From Octopus sinensis (Eukaryota): a DNA stretch of 64,000 nucleotides. Location: contig NC_042997.1 in NCBI RefSeq assembly GCF_006345805.1, positions 54,436,001 to 54,500,000 of the forward strand. Direction: 5' to 3'. Made by a program: the position numbers and the translations under genes. Positions 22,529-35,119 of this stretch are shown here, one piece after another (within the stretch, counting starts at the first letter, position 1; each line of letters opens with the position of its first letter). The notes beneath the pieces were generated by a model that was not told the DNA's origin, did no database searches, and saw only the letters and a list, made by a program, of their open reading frames with translations.

Positions 22529-24680
22529 CTATGGGATATCTGCTGTCAAATATTTTTTGTACAAATGGAAATTTGTTTTATGAATTGGATTTTACCAATG
22601 CAACATCATCACTTTTAACTATTCATTATTCTATGCTGACAGTCTTTCTGATATCCTATTACACATATTCTTTGCACTGAGTATTTAGCTAACCAAACAT
22701 TTCATTCTACTACAGTTTGCCTGCAGATCTAGAGCATCTGTAGTACAAGACCTCCTTTAGCATGCCAGAAGATTCCTACATCCTTGGTCAACCTTTCTTT
22801 GTATACCATATTAAACTTCTGCCTGTGTCTTACTGTCATTTCCTAATTTGTGCAGGATGTTTTTACTTTTTGTTATAAAAGCATTATATAGAATAACAAA
22901 TATAGTAATTTGTTTATAACTGAAAATATGTCTTCCAGTTATATCGTGAAAAATATATCACTTGTTCTGTCTTAACACAAACTATGTTATTTGAGCTAAT
23001 ATTACTTATACTAACTTTAATAAAAAAAAAATCTCACCTATTTTACTAGATTTTGTCATTTACCTCTATTGTATTCTTTTTTTCTGTATCTTTGGTATAA
23101 TTGATGATACAGTACATTATGGAATAAATCACTCTGCACTATCTAATTAACTGTGTATCTAACAGAGCAATACTAAATCTTGATGCTTTCTGTTATCCCT
23201 GATAGACCTGCTATTTTTCTTACCTTCATTATTTTATTAGGCTTATTTCTAACACTGAGGCCAAACTTGACCGCTGGGCCATTTATTGATTCCACTTGGA
23301 GTAGTTTCTCATCATCCAACTCTTCTCTTTCAACTACCACACATAACACTTCCATTCCTCTTTCTTGTCACTGTTATTGAGAGTAAGTACACCAGTATCC
23401 TCTCCATTGACATTCTGGCTTATATGAACAGGCATTTGGGCTGTTTTTATAAATTAGTGAGGAGTATAAAAAATGTCTCTATGACCTTTGAGGTTTCAGT
23501 CTTATATCTCACCAATAATTGGTAAGAATGATATGGTTCCTGTTGTAGTTCAATATTCGACAGAAATGCATGCATATGAGCAGAATTCCTCAAGGGTTGT
23601 ATTTCTGGAGGAGAAGACTAGCAAAGTGCAAGATGTAACTGGTAACTTTCCTCTAACCCCTCAAAATAGGTTGTTATATTTGTATTAGAAGAGGCAGAGA
23701 GAAGCAACTGCTCATTTGTGTTGGTGAGTGAATCAGTGTTTAAGATGTGATCTAGGATGCTTGTGTGTGTACAGCAGCAGTACATCAAAGTGGCTTTTAC
23801 TTGAGCTCTGTGTAGGTCCTAAAAAAAAAGAGTCCTAATGTCTGTGATGCTATATAAGCAAGGTTGCTATGATTGATCATCAGAAATGATAGCACTTCTG
23901 ACTTATGTTTTTAGTTTTTCCTTGTTCATGATTAAATCAGAGATACTAAACTGTTCTTTTGATATGTATAATGACTCTACTTTGTGTCATTGAATGCAAA
24001 TGGGCTATGTCCTATATAGCTGCAATCCTTAAGCTTCCAGACATTGAATCTCCAAATAGTAATTTATTTCCAAATTTTCCTTGACTCCAATATGAAACTA
24101 TTAACCTTAACATATACTCCTCTCACTCTCTTGTAAGGACAAAATTAATCTCTACTTCATACTTACCCGACAAGCATGTTGACCAGATGGTTTTCTGAAA
24201 TTTGTTGCAAGTGTTAAAATGTGTATCAGAGAAATCTAGGAATTTTAATTGTTCTTTATTTCTTGTGCCATTTTCATAACCTCTATATCACCTGTGTATC
24301 CTGATATGACCATTAAAATCACCTACTATAAAGATATCAGTTCTTCAGTATCTTTGACAAGAACCTTATAAAACCTGTCCTTTTACCTTGTGAGACAAAA
24401 GCAGAGATTGTAAATGTATCAGTGTTGTAAAAGATTTACTTGAAATATTCATATTATGTTATAGGTATATATGTTCTTAGAAGAAATGATATATGTGATA
24501 TTTTCTTGAAATGTGAGCATTAACCAACATCCGTATTATACCACAAAATGATATTTAAATAAAGGTTTAACAGAATTCCAGTAGATAGCAATGTACCTGC
24601 CATAACTTTTGGACAAATTAATTCACGCAATTTGTGTAATCGTCACTAACTATGAGAAAATATAGAAAATGAAATCGCAA

Positions 24681-24686
24681 AATAAA
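24681..24686 (+). promoter_or_regulatory. Candidate poly(A) signal of ZNF2 (second AATAAA at 24766-24771)
   Basis: Same position in the conserved terminal block as in ZNF1 and ZNF4. Confidence 0.5.
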
Positions 24687-25329
24687 ATGTCATTATTTTG
24701 GGTTTTGTAAAGTATTTTTTCATTTGTTTTAAACATTGTGTATTTATTGATGTTATATGGTCAGCAATAAAATTTGTTTAAAGAGAAGGATTTTAGTGGT
24801 TAAATTTGCTTCTATATTTTGCTGAAGAAAATATTTTTCATTAGTGTACATTGAGTATATATGTACAACTATAGTTTATTAAGGAGAGACTAATTTCACA
24901 TTCACAAGAAGTTATATATTTATCATCAGTGCAACAATGTTTGAAGTACATCTTTCTCAAATTTATCTTTACCTACCTTGACGCTTTAAGGTATGTTCCA
25001 TTTGTTGATAAAGACTAAATATTGAATAATGTAAAATGATAATCTATGATGGCTACAACATAAAAGTTTAATGTGAGCTGGTGTCTTTTCATTAGAAACT
25101 GGTAATTGATGTAAATGTCCTGTAGAATGGAAATGAATGTTGTAAAAACATGTTTCATGGTTGTAAACTTGCTGACCATTAATATTTATATAAAATAAAA
25201 ACTGATGAACTAAATGTCAATTAATATATAATTTACAATTGTAAAGGGGAAAAAATGCACAAAGTGAAACTAGATGAAGAATTGGACACAAAAGATCTGT
25301 GTTGTGTTGAAAAATATCTAGAAAACAGC

Positions 25330-25480
25330 TGCTGTATGATAAGAAGTTTGTTTCCCAACCACATGGTTGGTTTAGTCCCACTGCATGGCACTTTCACTTT
25401 AGGTAAATTTCTACTATACCTTGAGCTAACCAAAGCTTTGAGAGTGGATTTGATAGATGGGAACCAAAAGAAGACTGTCA
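25330..25480 (+). mobile_element. Degenerate tRNA-derived SINE head
   Basis: taagaagtttgtttcccaaccacatgg..tagtcccactgcatggcac..gagtggatttgatagatggg; same family as 30670 and 53831. Confidence 0.6.
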
Positions 25481-26439
25481 TTTATACATGTGTTACTGTC
25501 TCCTTGCCTTCACATTGCACGATAGTTATAAATGAGTGTCATTCTTATGGAAACTGTGTCCTTCATTACCAAACTTTTCTGAAGATATGTGGTCATGGGC
25601 AAATATTACCTTGGAAACACTTAAGGGTTGACAACAGGAAGGGCATCCAACTGTGGAAAATGTGACCCATGCAGGTATGCAAAGATGTGTTAAAATGATG
25701 ATAATTGTGGTCATCAAAATATATTATTAATGAAAATAATCACTGAAATAATTGGAAGTGTGGCTGCACAGAAAGATGTAACAAGCAAAGCATAAAGTAT
25801 CAATATATTTGTTAATGGTGAGTAAATCTTTAATATTTACATTTAAAAAATTATTGCAGACCATAACATCTATAAATTTACTTGCAATTACATAAAAAAT
25901 AGCCAATATCAAAGAAGAGCACTTCCAGACCTTGCAATTTCTTGAATGGACCACAAAGATTCATCCTCTTCTATCTATGTCAGCTTTATCTCCTCATACC
26001 ACCACAAATCATACAGACAATTGATTTACAGATAGTATCATACATTCTACCACTATTCTCTAGAAACTGCTACACAGGAACTCTAGTCCTATATTAATCA
26101 CCTGGCTCCAAAACAAAAAGAACTAATACCCATCAAATCTATTGTCATCTGATGAGCCAAGTGAGTCTCTACTTAATCAACCTGCACAGAAACCAAATTT
26201 TCCTCAAATAATACCCTATCATCTTATAATAGGACACATTGGATAATGTGATCCTGGGCTCCCTATACCTAGGGAAAAAGACCAGATGGTTACAACTGGA
26301 ATACCTTTGATGAAATCTCTGCTCAATCGGGATTGACACCAGGTTAAACAACAGTAATTCATTCCCTTCTTTCAGTCAACACTAGAAAAGTAAAAGTTAT
26401 ATACAATACCTCCACTACATTCCCAGCATACATCAAAGA

Positions 26440-26620
26440 CAGTAGATAAAGCAACTACAGAGGTCATATTTGTCCAATAGAAACAAATGACAATCATGAT
26501 GTATGAACAATGCATTAAACCCATCAAGAACTATGCTAGTCTTGCTTGGGAGCCAATCTCTCTACAATAAATACAACAGATGCGTGAACTACATATAATT
26601 GTACATAATTCACATAGGCA
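26440..26620 (+). mobile_element. Old LINE C-terminal relic
   Basis: MYEQCIKPIKNYASLAWEP resembles the LY...IRP.LEYAS..W.P motif; heavily decayed. Confidence 0.4.
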
Positions 26621-27791
26621 ATGAAGCAAAAATACTAAAATTGAAAGATCCCTGGATATGTGAGGAGTACAGTTACCACATCTACTTTAAGTCTCCCAAT
26701 CCACACCTCTGCATGAAAATACCACCAGTATTGTCCAAACACCATTAATATCAGATTCAGAATTCATCCAAAGCTAGGACTATATGCCATACACCCTCTA
26801 CACAATTCAGGCTCATAACAAATAAATTCACTGCAACATAAATTTCTTTTCCTCAACAGGCCCCGCTCTATTTAAGAAATCAAAGAAAAACATCGCGTCA
26901 ATTTCAAATGAAACCTGAACAAATCTCTTCAAGGGACACCACACTACACCCGCCACTTATACCTGGATATATCTCAGTCAACAACAGCTCCCTACTTGAA
27001 TGAGCCATGATATCACAAAACTGAACTTAAAAATAACTTTACAGATCCTATCAGGTGATGCTATTAAGTTAGACATAGCCTGGGTCCGTATTTAGCCAAA
27101 ACATATCTAAATTATATAAGTTAAACAACTTTCAAACAGCCAGACATATAACACACCAGATCACTACAAAAATATCTTCATTACTCAACTTAAGACAAGC
27201 ACAATATCATACCTGTAACAATAATAGCTTCATTGGCCTCATACATAATGCTGGAATGCACACTATCAACAATAAGTGTTGGAGAACTTGCTTCTTTATT
27301 GAGTGCATCTTGGCAGTCTTTGTTGTGGACGCAATCAGAATCTATAGGCATAGAAATGAGCTGGACATTTGAAGAATACAAGTCTGAACTGTCACACTGC
27401 ACCTCGTATAATTCAGTACTACATATCAGATCATGCAGTATGCTTTTTGGTAACTAGTGACATGATATAACTGTCACTTGTTATTGTTCAGTTGACTACA
27501 TGTGTTTCATGAGGTTACTTTATTGTCAATGGTGTTAACTATAATCAAAGGTGTTCTTTCTCATCTTAATGAAATTTTCAAGCAATTTCACTAACAGGCT
27601 AAGCAATCATATTGAGGTTACTTTGGTGGAACAGCATATTTATGCATGAGTTCTGGCAGCAGATAATCATGATGTTACATTCAAAAGAGGTTATTGAATA
27701 AATGGGATGGAGATGACAGTCCTACGTGTTTAGGATGAAAGCAATAAGTAATGTGATTAACAAATCAATGGAATCAAGATAATAACATGTA

Positions 27792-28463
27792 CATCATCAT
27801 CATCATCATTTAGCGTCCGTTTTCCATGCTAGCATAGGTTGGACGGTTCAACTGGGGTCTGTGAAGCCGGAAGGCTTCATCAGGCCCAGTCAGATCTGGC
27901 AGTGTTTCTACGGCTGGATGCCCTTCCTAACACCAACCACTCTGTGAGTGTAGTGGGTGCTTTTTATGTGCCACCCGCACAGGTGCCAGACAGAGCTGGC
28001 AAATGGCCACGAACGGATGGTGCTTTTACGTGCCACCGGCACAGGGGCCAGGCGAGGCTGGCAACAGACACGAACGGATGGTGCTTTTACGTGCCACCGG
28101 CACGGAGGCCAGACAGGGCGGCGCCGGCAACGACCATGATCGGATGGTTCACTTAACCACAGCTGCAATTTCCACTGATGTTGATCGACCTCAATTTTGG
28201 TTCTGCTTTCTGATATCTGATTTGATTTGGTTTGATTTTGATTTTGATTTTGACTGTTCTCACTGGTCTTGCCGGGTCTTCTCATGGACAGCATACTTCC
28301 ATAGGTCATGGTCTCTAGTCATTTCCTTGGTGAGACCTAAAGTTCGAAGGTCGTGCTTCACCACCTCGTCCCAGGTTTTCCTGGGTCTACCTCTTCCACA
28401 GGTCCTCTCAACTGCCAGGGTGTGGCACTTTTTCACACACCTATCTTCATACATTCTCGCCAT
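27792..28463 (-). mobile_element. 5'-truncated RTE LINE: ORF C-terminus, 3'UTR and (GAT)n tail
   Basis: CGRGRPRKTWDEVVKHDLRTLGLTKEMTRD..W motif, internal repeats tggtgcttttacgtgccaccggcac, (CAT)n at 27792. Confidence 0.9.
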
Positions 28464-29099
28464 TAAATCATAAAATATTCAGAATGTTTATAGCTCTCCT
28501 GTGACACAATACAAATATAAAATTCAGAAATATAATTGTAACATTAATAAAAGCTTTTTCAATGTGACTGATATTTCACCAGAATCTATCTATAACACTC
28601 ATGTTACTTTTCTATATTAAAGTGACAGTTGTATTAGAATAAAAATGATATTAATGGAAAATTTGTCTTATCAATAGCCTTAGCTTGAGAGAAAACAAGA
28701 TAGCTGGAAATAGAAATTTAAGGATTCATGAATCAAACTATACTCACAATTTGGGTTTGGCTTTCAATATCATGAGGTGAGTCTTCAACACTTATACCAT
28801 TTCTTTCTAGCATCAAAAAATCCACTGCTTCAAGGCCGATGTCTTGTGGTCATAAATCATTGCAGTTTGTATACAAGCATCATACAGTCTAAGCTCCACT
28901 CTGAAAATCTGTTACCAGCAGAGCTTCCTGAACTTCTTCCAGCTCATTCTTACTCCGGTAAGACCCACCCATCACTGCTAAGTACATGTAGGTGTACAGT
29001 GTATCTTTATTTGACTGTCTGTGATCCTACTTCACCCCTTTTGCATCCATAGTTTATACAAAGTACACTGCATGGAATGTCTACCTATATTTCTTCTGC

Positions 29100-29830
29100 A
29101 TATCAAACATGACCATTTCCCTGATTCTAGCAGTGTCCTGTATTCTTTCTTATCAAAACTTTAATCTTTGTTAAATTCATTTCATGCCCCTCAATTTCAG
29201 ATTTTGCTCAATGCCTGGAATTTTTTGCTGCTCTCTTTTATCCAGTCTTTTATGGCTCTGCTTGCATCACTATGACACCATGTATCAGCCACAAATCTAG
29301 CCAGTATCCCTCAGTGGATTGTTTTATAGAAATTTCCAGTTAATCACTATCCTTCCTACATCTGTCATAAGTATCCATTACAATGTCTCTGAATCTGTGA
29401 CCAACTAAATGTCTTTTTCAGCTTTTGTATCTTCCTTCTCCTAATAGCCTTTTTCCTCCATGTCTGTCTAGTTCTCACACAGATCTTGCTAATCTATGTT
29501 GAATGGAACATTCTTCACTGGGGAAAGGCTTAGTATTAACATCTGCCTATTTTGTCTCCTGGAGGAGATAAAATCTTTCTGGCCAGTGAGTTCATGTAAT
29601 TGGTAAGTGATCAAGTGGCTGGCTGGTTTTCTGAAGTTTGTATAGGAGATAGATTATCGACTATCTCCAGAAGCCTTGATCCTTCATTTCCTGTACTATA
29701 CCCACCTATAACTTCTATGTATGCCAAAGAACCATCATGGGGTTGCCTAACATGTCCATTAAAATCAGCAGCTATGATAATGATGGCACTATCATTTGTT
29801 GTTGAGGTAGTCACCATAAAATTTATTCAT
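29100..29830 (-). mobile_element. RTE endonuclease-region relic
   Basis: IIAADFNGHV...NEGSRLLE and FPSEECSIQHRL-like segments; aligns with 46686-47057. Confidence 0.65.
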
Positions 29831-30669
29831 ACACCAATCCTGTTTGTGACACATATACAACAATAACTGTCATAGTTGTTTTGTCTATGATTAAATTAAT
29901 TATTCTGGAGGTGTATTCTATCTGAATTTCTGATATAATGAACTATCATTATTACATGCAGACACTTGAATTTGTGTCACATTCAAAATGTTTCAGTTTT
30001 TGTACATTCCAGTTCATGCCTCTATGTCTCTTAGTCTTTGAAATGCTGTAGGTGCTAATGAGGTCTATCTTTATGTATTTCTGATTTATTTGGTACAATA
30101 CTGTCAAGAATTACAGATTCTATAGGCCACAAAAATAAATTTGAAGTGCAAGATTTTGTTATGTACAAGGAACTTATCACATGGGGATAGAATGTATGTG
30201 TATAGGATGGTCTCTTCCATTATTTTCATGTATGAGTATCTGGTTGTCCAATCAAATGGGTAATTTACTTGTAGAATTAACAAGTAGATAAGTATTCCAG
30301 ACACATGTCCTCCTCATAATTCACACGTGGAATCAATGTGACACTGTGATAAAGCTGGACTTTTGAATTATAAGTATAATCTATCCAAAAGGCTTCTACA
30401 GACTCCATCAAAAAAATTGATTCACAAGGCTTGGGTCAATCCTAGGCTATAATAAAGGTACTTGTGCAACATGCCATGCAGTAAGCTAGAACTCAGGACC
30501 TCATGGTTTTGTGTGAATGCATGTATTTGCTTGATTTTTAAACAACTACTCAATACTGATGTAGAATGTAAGTATTTGTTTATAGCACTGAGGAAACTTT
30601 GTTGCTGGTTTTCATACATATCTTTAGTCTTGTCCAATGGAACAAAAATGTTCTTAGAATTTTTAAGTG

Positions 30670-31064
30670 CTGGTGTGGCTCTGTGGTAAGAAGCTTGATT
30701 TCCAAACACATGCTTCCGGGTTCAGTCCCACTGCGTGGCACCTTGGGCAGGTGTCTTCTACTATATCCTTGCGCTGACCAAAGCCTTGTGAGTGGATTTG
30801 GTAGACGGAAACTGAAAGAAGCTCATGTATATGTATATATCTATGCGTGTGTGTGTGTGTCTTTGTTTGTCCCCACCCCATCACAGTTTGACAACCAGTG
30901 TTGGTTTGTTTACATCCCCATAACTTAGCAGTTCAGCAAAAGAGACTGGTAGAATAAATACTAGGCCTAAGAAATAAGTCCTGAGGTTGATTTGTTCAGC
31001 TTAAAATCCTTCAAGGCGGCGCTTAAGCATGGCCACAGTCAAATGACTGAAGCAAGTAAAAGAA
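30670..31064 (+). mobile_element. tRNA-derived SINE, near full length
   Basis: gtggtaagaagcttg..gggttcagtcccactgcgtggcaccttgggc head, internal (TG)n, tail gcagtcaaatgactgaa.caagtaaaaga. Confidence 0.85.
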
Positions 31065-31743
31065 TGTTGTTCTTAATTTTTCATCGCAACTTTTTATTTT
31101 AATAACCTCTTTATTAAGCTGAATAGATGAGCTAATAGTTAGTTCAATAATTTGATGCAAGGGAGAAATTTCTGAGTACTAAAACTATATTTATTTATCA
31201 GAGATAGTTGGTGTTGTCATTATTGAAAAATAGTACCTGCTGTCTCCTGGATGAGATATTTCAAATACATTTTATTTATCAAGATAGCTATATTTTTCTT
31301 TGAAAACTTTGTGTTATTTCATGGTTTAGTTGGTTGCCAAGATGGTCCAACAATTCATGAAGCAGTATGATAAATTAAAAACAAAACTACATGAATGTGT
31401 ATACAATTAAGCATAATAGTACTCAACATAATGTAGAGGTGATTAAGAAATCTTCCAAGTTGTCAATTATGGTCTCCTGATGAAAGCATCAACAAAGTTG
31501 TTTTAGATTGACTATTCCTACCCTATTACCATCATTGTTCTTTCAATATTCATTTTCTTCTATGCTTGTATGGGTAAGACAGAATCTTGTAGGCAGATTT
31601 CCTACAAGATGCTCTTCCTGTCACTGACTCTTACCTGTTTCCAGGTAAGGTAATGTTTTCCCATGGCCAGGCATGCTTTCAAAGAATATTGAAAATGAAC
31701 AACACTCATTTACAACTGTCATGCAATGTCAAGACAAGGGACA

Positions 31744-32531
31744 CATCATCATCATCATCATCGTTTAACGTCCGTTCTCCATGCTAGCATGGGTTGGACG
31801 GTTCGACCGGGAATCTGGAAAGCCAGAAGGCTGCACCAGGCTCCAGTCTTATCTGGCAGTGTTTCTACAGCTGGATGCCCTTCCTAATGCCAACCACTCC
31901 GTGAGTGTAGTGGGTGCTTTTTACGTGCCACCTGCACAGGTGCCACGCGAGGCTGGCAACGGCCACGGTCGGATTGGTGTATTTTATGTGACACCTGCAC
32001 AGAAGCCAAACGAGGGGGTGCTGGCATCGGCCACGAGTCGGATAGTGCTTTTTACGTACCACCAGACCAGGGATCCTGGCTGGTTCAATTCGATTTCGAT
32101 TTCGCTTGCCCCAACATGACTTCGCAAGCAAGGGGGTTGGCATGGGTGCCTGTCGTACGGTCAGATTGGTGTATTTTACGTGCCACCGGCACGGAAGCCA
32201 GTGGAGGCGGCGCTGGCATCGGCCACGAGTCGGATAGTGCTTTTTACGTACCACCAGACCAGGGATCCTGGCCGGTTCAATTCGATTTCGATTTCGATTT
32301 CGCTTGCCCCAACATGTCTTCGCAAGCAAGGGGGTTGGCATGGGTGCCTGTCGTACGGTCAGATTGGTGTATTTTACGTGCCACCGGCACGGAAGCCAGT
32401 GGAGGCGGCGCTGGCATCGGCCACGAGTCGGATAGTGCTTTTTACGTACCACCAGACCAGGGATCCTGGCTGGTTCAATTCGATTTCACTTGCCCCAACA
32501 TGTCTTCACAAGCAAGGGGGTTGGCATGGGA
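31744..32531 (-). mobile_element. RTE 3'UTR/SINE copy with internal tandem amplification
   Basis: (CAT)n tail at 31744 with the family body, followed by three 170-198 bp units. Confidence 0.85.
31969..32531. repeat. Tandem repeat of about three units (192, 198, ~173 bp)
   Basis: Unit starts at 31969, 32161 and 32359. Length differences track the number of TCGATT hexamers. Confidence 0.9.
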
Positions 32532-32559
32532 CACATACATGATTATACATATGATGGTC

Positions 32560-32705
32560 TTCTTTCAGTTTCCATCAGCCAAAACCCTTTGTGACGAGCC
32601 AGCTAGGGGCCATTGTAGAAGACACTTGCCCAAAATGCTGCAAAGATGGACTGAACCTGAAACCACATGATTGGGAAGCAAACTTTTTAATCATACAGCC
32701 ATGCT
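32560..32705 (-). mobile_element. SINE head fragment
   Basis: gtagaagacacttgcccaa..gactgaacctgaaaccacatgattgggaagcaaactt is the reverse complement of the 30670 family head. Confidence 0.65.
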
Positions 32706-32934
32706 GACCACAAAATTAAAACCAAATCATAAAATAATAAAATTTAAAAAAACATACACCACTATTTATTTTTATGTTTTATTATGATTTTTTTTGTTCA
32801 TGTCAAATCATAAATATAACACTACTGGCATTTTCATCAGGCCATCTGATGGCAGAAACGGTAAAACAGAGCAACAACTCAAGAGATTTCAGCTTTAAAT
32901 AAATTTTATCCCAAGCTGCATGACCTTACCATAT

Positions 32935-33840
32935 CATCATCATTTAACATCTGTTGTTCATGCTGGTATGGGTTGCATGGTTTGACCAGGGATGGTAAGC
33001 TGGAAGGTTGTACTAGACTCGTCTGATTTGGCATGGTTTCGACAGCTGGATGCCCTTCGTAATGTCAACCACTCTGAGAGTGTAATGGGTACTTTTACAT
33101 GCCACTGGCACAAGTGCTAGTTGTGTGACACCAGTATCTGCCATGTCTATGTTTTCACTTATCTTGATGAGTTTTCTCAAACATGGCATAATGTCAAAGG
33201 TCTTGGTCATTAGCTCCGCGAGGCCCAACACTTGAAAGGTGCTTTTCACGTGCCACCAGCATCGGCTACAATGCTTCCATGAGGCCCAATGCTTGAAAGG
33301 TGCTTGTTAAATGAAACCAGAATTGGCTTCTCAAGGATGGTATATTGTCAAAGGTCTCCCTCATCCAATGTCTTCCTGGGTCTACCTCTAGCACAGGTTC
33401 CCTCCAAAGGCACTTCTTGTCCATTTGCATCACATGATCATACCGGTGCAGTCGTCTCCCTTGCACTCCACATTTGATGCCCCTTATGCCCAGCTTTTCT
33501 CTCAAGACATACTGTCATATGCACACTGAAATTGCACATCCAGCAAAGCATACTAGCTTCATTTCTTTCAAGCCTATGCATATCCTTGGCTGTTACAGCC
33601 TATGTTTCACTGCTGTTTGTGCAAAGGCATCATACAGTCTGCCTTTCTCTCTGAGGTAGAGGCTCTTTGTTGCCAACAGAGGCAGGATCTCTCTGAACTT
33701 TGCCCAGCCTATTCTTATTCTCACAGCATTCATCCCTGCAAATGACTTGGTCACCTAGATAATGGAAGCTATCTGCTACCCTAGCTTACCCTGCTGTTAG
33801 TTGATGGAGTCTATTATAAAATATTTTTCATGTTTTAGGT
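32935..33840 (-). mobile_element. 5'-truncated RTE LINE with tail, directly downstream of ZNF3
   Basis: Aligns with 14040-14880 (gatagcttcc.ttatctaggtgaccaagtcatttgcag; gggcaaagttcagagag). (CAT)n tail at ~32935. Confidence 0.85.
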
Positions 33841-33869
33841 GAAGACTGGTGGCAGGCAAAGCATTTACC

Positions 33870-34742
33870 TCAGGTGTCATCTGACCTATGCAAACATGGA
33901 AAAGTGGATGTAATGACAATGACTACATAGCTATGGTTTTTCTCTTGTATGAATATGCTTGTGTCGAGAGAAATGACCACTTTGAGAGAATCTTTTACCA
34001 CAGACCGTTCTCCTGTATGTGTTCGTATGTGGCCAGACAAATGACCCTTTGTAGAGAATGTTTCATCACAAATATCACATTGGAATGGTCTTTCTCCTGT
34101 GTGTGAACGTATATGAGAAACTAAATTACTAGGCACAGAAAATGTTTTACTACAAATGCCACAGTGGTATGGTTTTTCTCCTGTATGAATACGTTTGTGG
34201 GAAACTAAATGACCACTTTCAGAGCATGTTTTACCACATATATCACAGTGGTAAGGTTTTTCCCCTGTGTGAATAAGTCTGTGGATAGATAAACGACCCT
34301 TTTGAGAGAAATTTTTACCACATACATCACAATGGTATGGTTTTTCTCCCATATGAATACGTTTGTGCTGAGAGAAATGATCCCGTCTAGAAAAAGATTT
34401 ATCACAAATATCACAGTGGTATGGCCTTTCTCCAGTGTGAATACGTACATGGTCAGATAAACGACCCTTTCTAGAAAATGTTTCATCACAGACATCACAT
34501 TGGTATGGTTTCTTTCCTGTATGAATCTTCTTGTGGGAATTTAAACTGTCACTGGTCGAGAAGTTTTTATCACATATATCACAGTGATGCTGTTTTTTAC
34601 CAGAGAGAACACATTTATGGGAAGATGATAGATTACTTGTAAATAACTTTCCACATTTATCACAAGGCTGTGATTTCACTTCTGTATTTTCTTGTGTTGC
34701 ATCAGACGACTCAATAGTTTCAGGTTCTGCTTTCTCTTCCAT
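33870..34742 (-). CDS. C2H2 zinc-finger protein ZNF3, 290 aa: leader, atypical finger, 7 fingers, then a frameshifted tail
   Basis: The ORF is in frame to HTGER. The remnant [23 protein letters not shown] lies in another frame, ending at TAG 33931-33933. Confidence 0.85.
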   Translation of the reverse strand: MEEKAEPETIESSDATQENTEVKSQPCDKCGKLFTSNLSSSHKCVLSGKKQHHCDICDKNFSTSDSLNSHKKIHTGKKPYQCDVCDETFSRKGRLSDHVRIHTGERPYHCDICDKSFSRRDHFSQHKRIHMGEKPYHCDVCGKNFSQKGRLSIHRLIHTGEKPYHCDICGKTCSESGHLVSHKRIHTGEKPYHCGICSKTFSVPSNLVSHIRSHTGERPFQCDICDETFSTKGHLSGHIRTHTGERSVVKDSLKVVISLDTSIFIQEKNHSYVVIVITSTFPCLHRSDDT

Positions 34743-35113
34743 AACTTTATTAATCTATATTTTCTATGTCTGACAGTCTTTGTTAAAGTCTAATTATGTT
34801 TCAGCTCTTAAGAAGGAACTGCCACATGAATTTATTTGAATAGAATTTTGCAATTATAATGAGCATCTAAACAACAAACTTGGATTAACAGGGTGTGAAA
34901 GGTCTTACTCATAGGTCATTTGAAATGTCATTTTAATATTCCAGTAACTGTACAAATTTTTGCAAATAATCTCAACCCCAAGGAAATATTTCACATTATT
35001 TCAACCAAAAATTGCAAGAACAGGCTGACATTAGTTATTTTTAGTCTTTAAAAGTGGATAAAAATGTTGATAATTTGCAGTAAAATACTTCGATCTGAGT
35101 GTCATCTGATAAC

Positions 35114-35119
35114 CTGTAA
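35114..35119 (-). promoter_or_regulatory. Conserved splice acceptor of the ZNF3 coding exon
   Basis: ttacAG|GTTATCAGATGAC, the same context as in the paralogues. No matching donor was found. Confidence 0.6.

Noticed and set aside
23173-23355. Antisense ORF similar to 42966-43217 (EVL.CVV.E..ESING)
   Set aside because: Both lie in homologous ZNF 3' flank DNA. Indels and differing frames and ends argue for residual DNA homology rather than a conserved protein.
27855-27890. Minus-strand CTGATGA followed by an AGCC-ttcc-GGCT hairpin
   Set aside because: Followed by TCAC rather than GAAA; part of the RTE 3'UTR.
32830-32865. gccat-ctg-atggc hairpin followed by GAAACGGTA
   Set aside because: The CTGATGA box is on the opposite strand and in the wrong order for a hammerhead.
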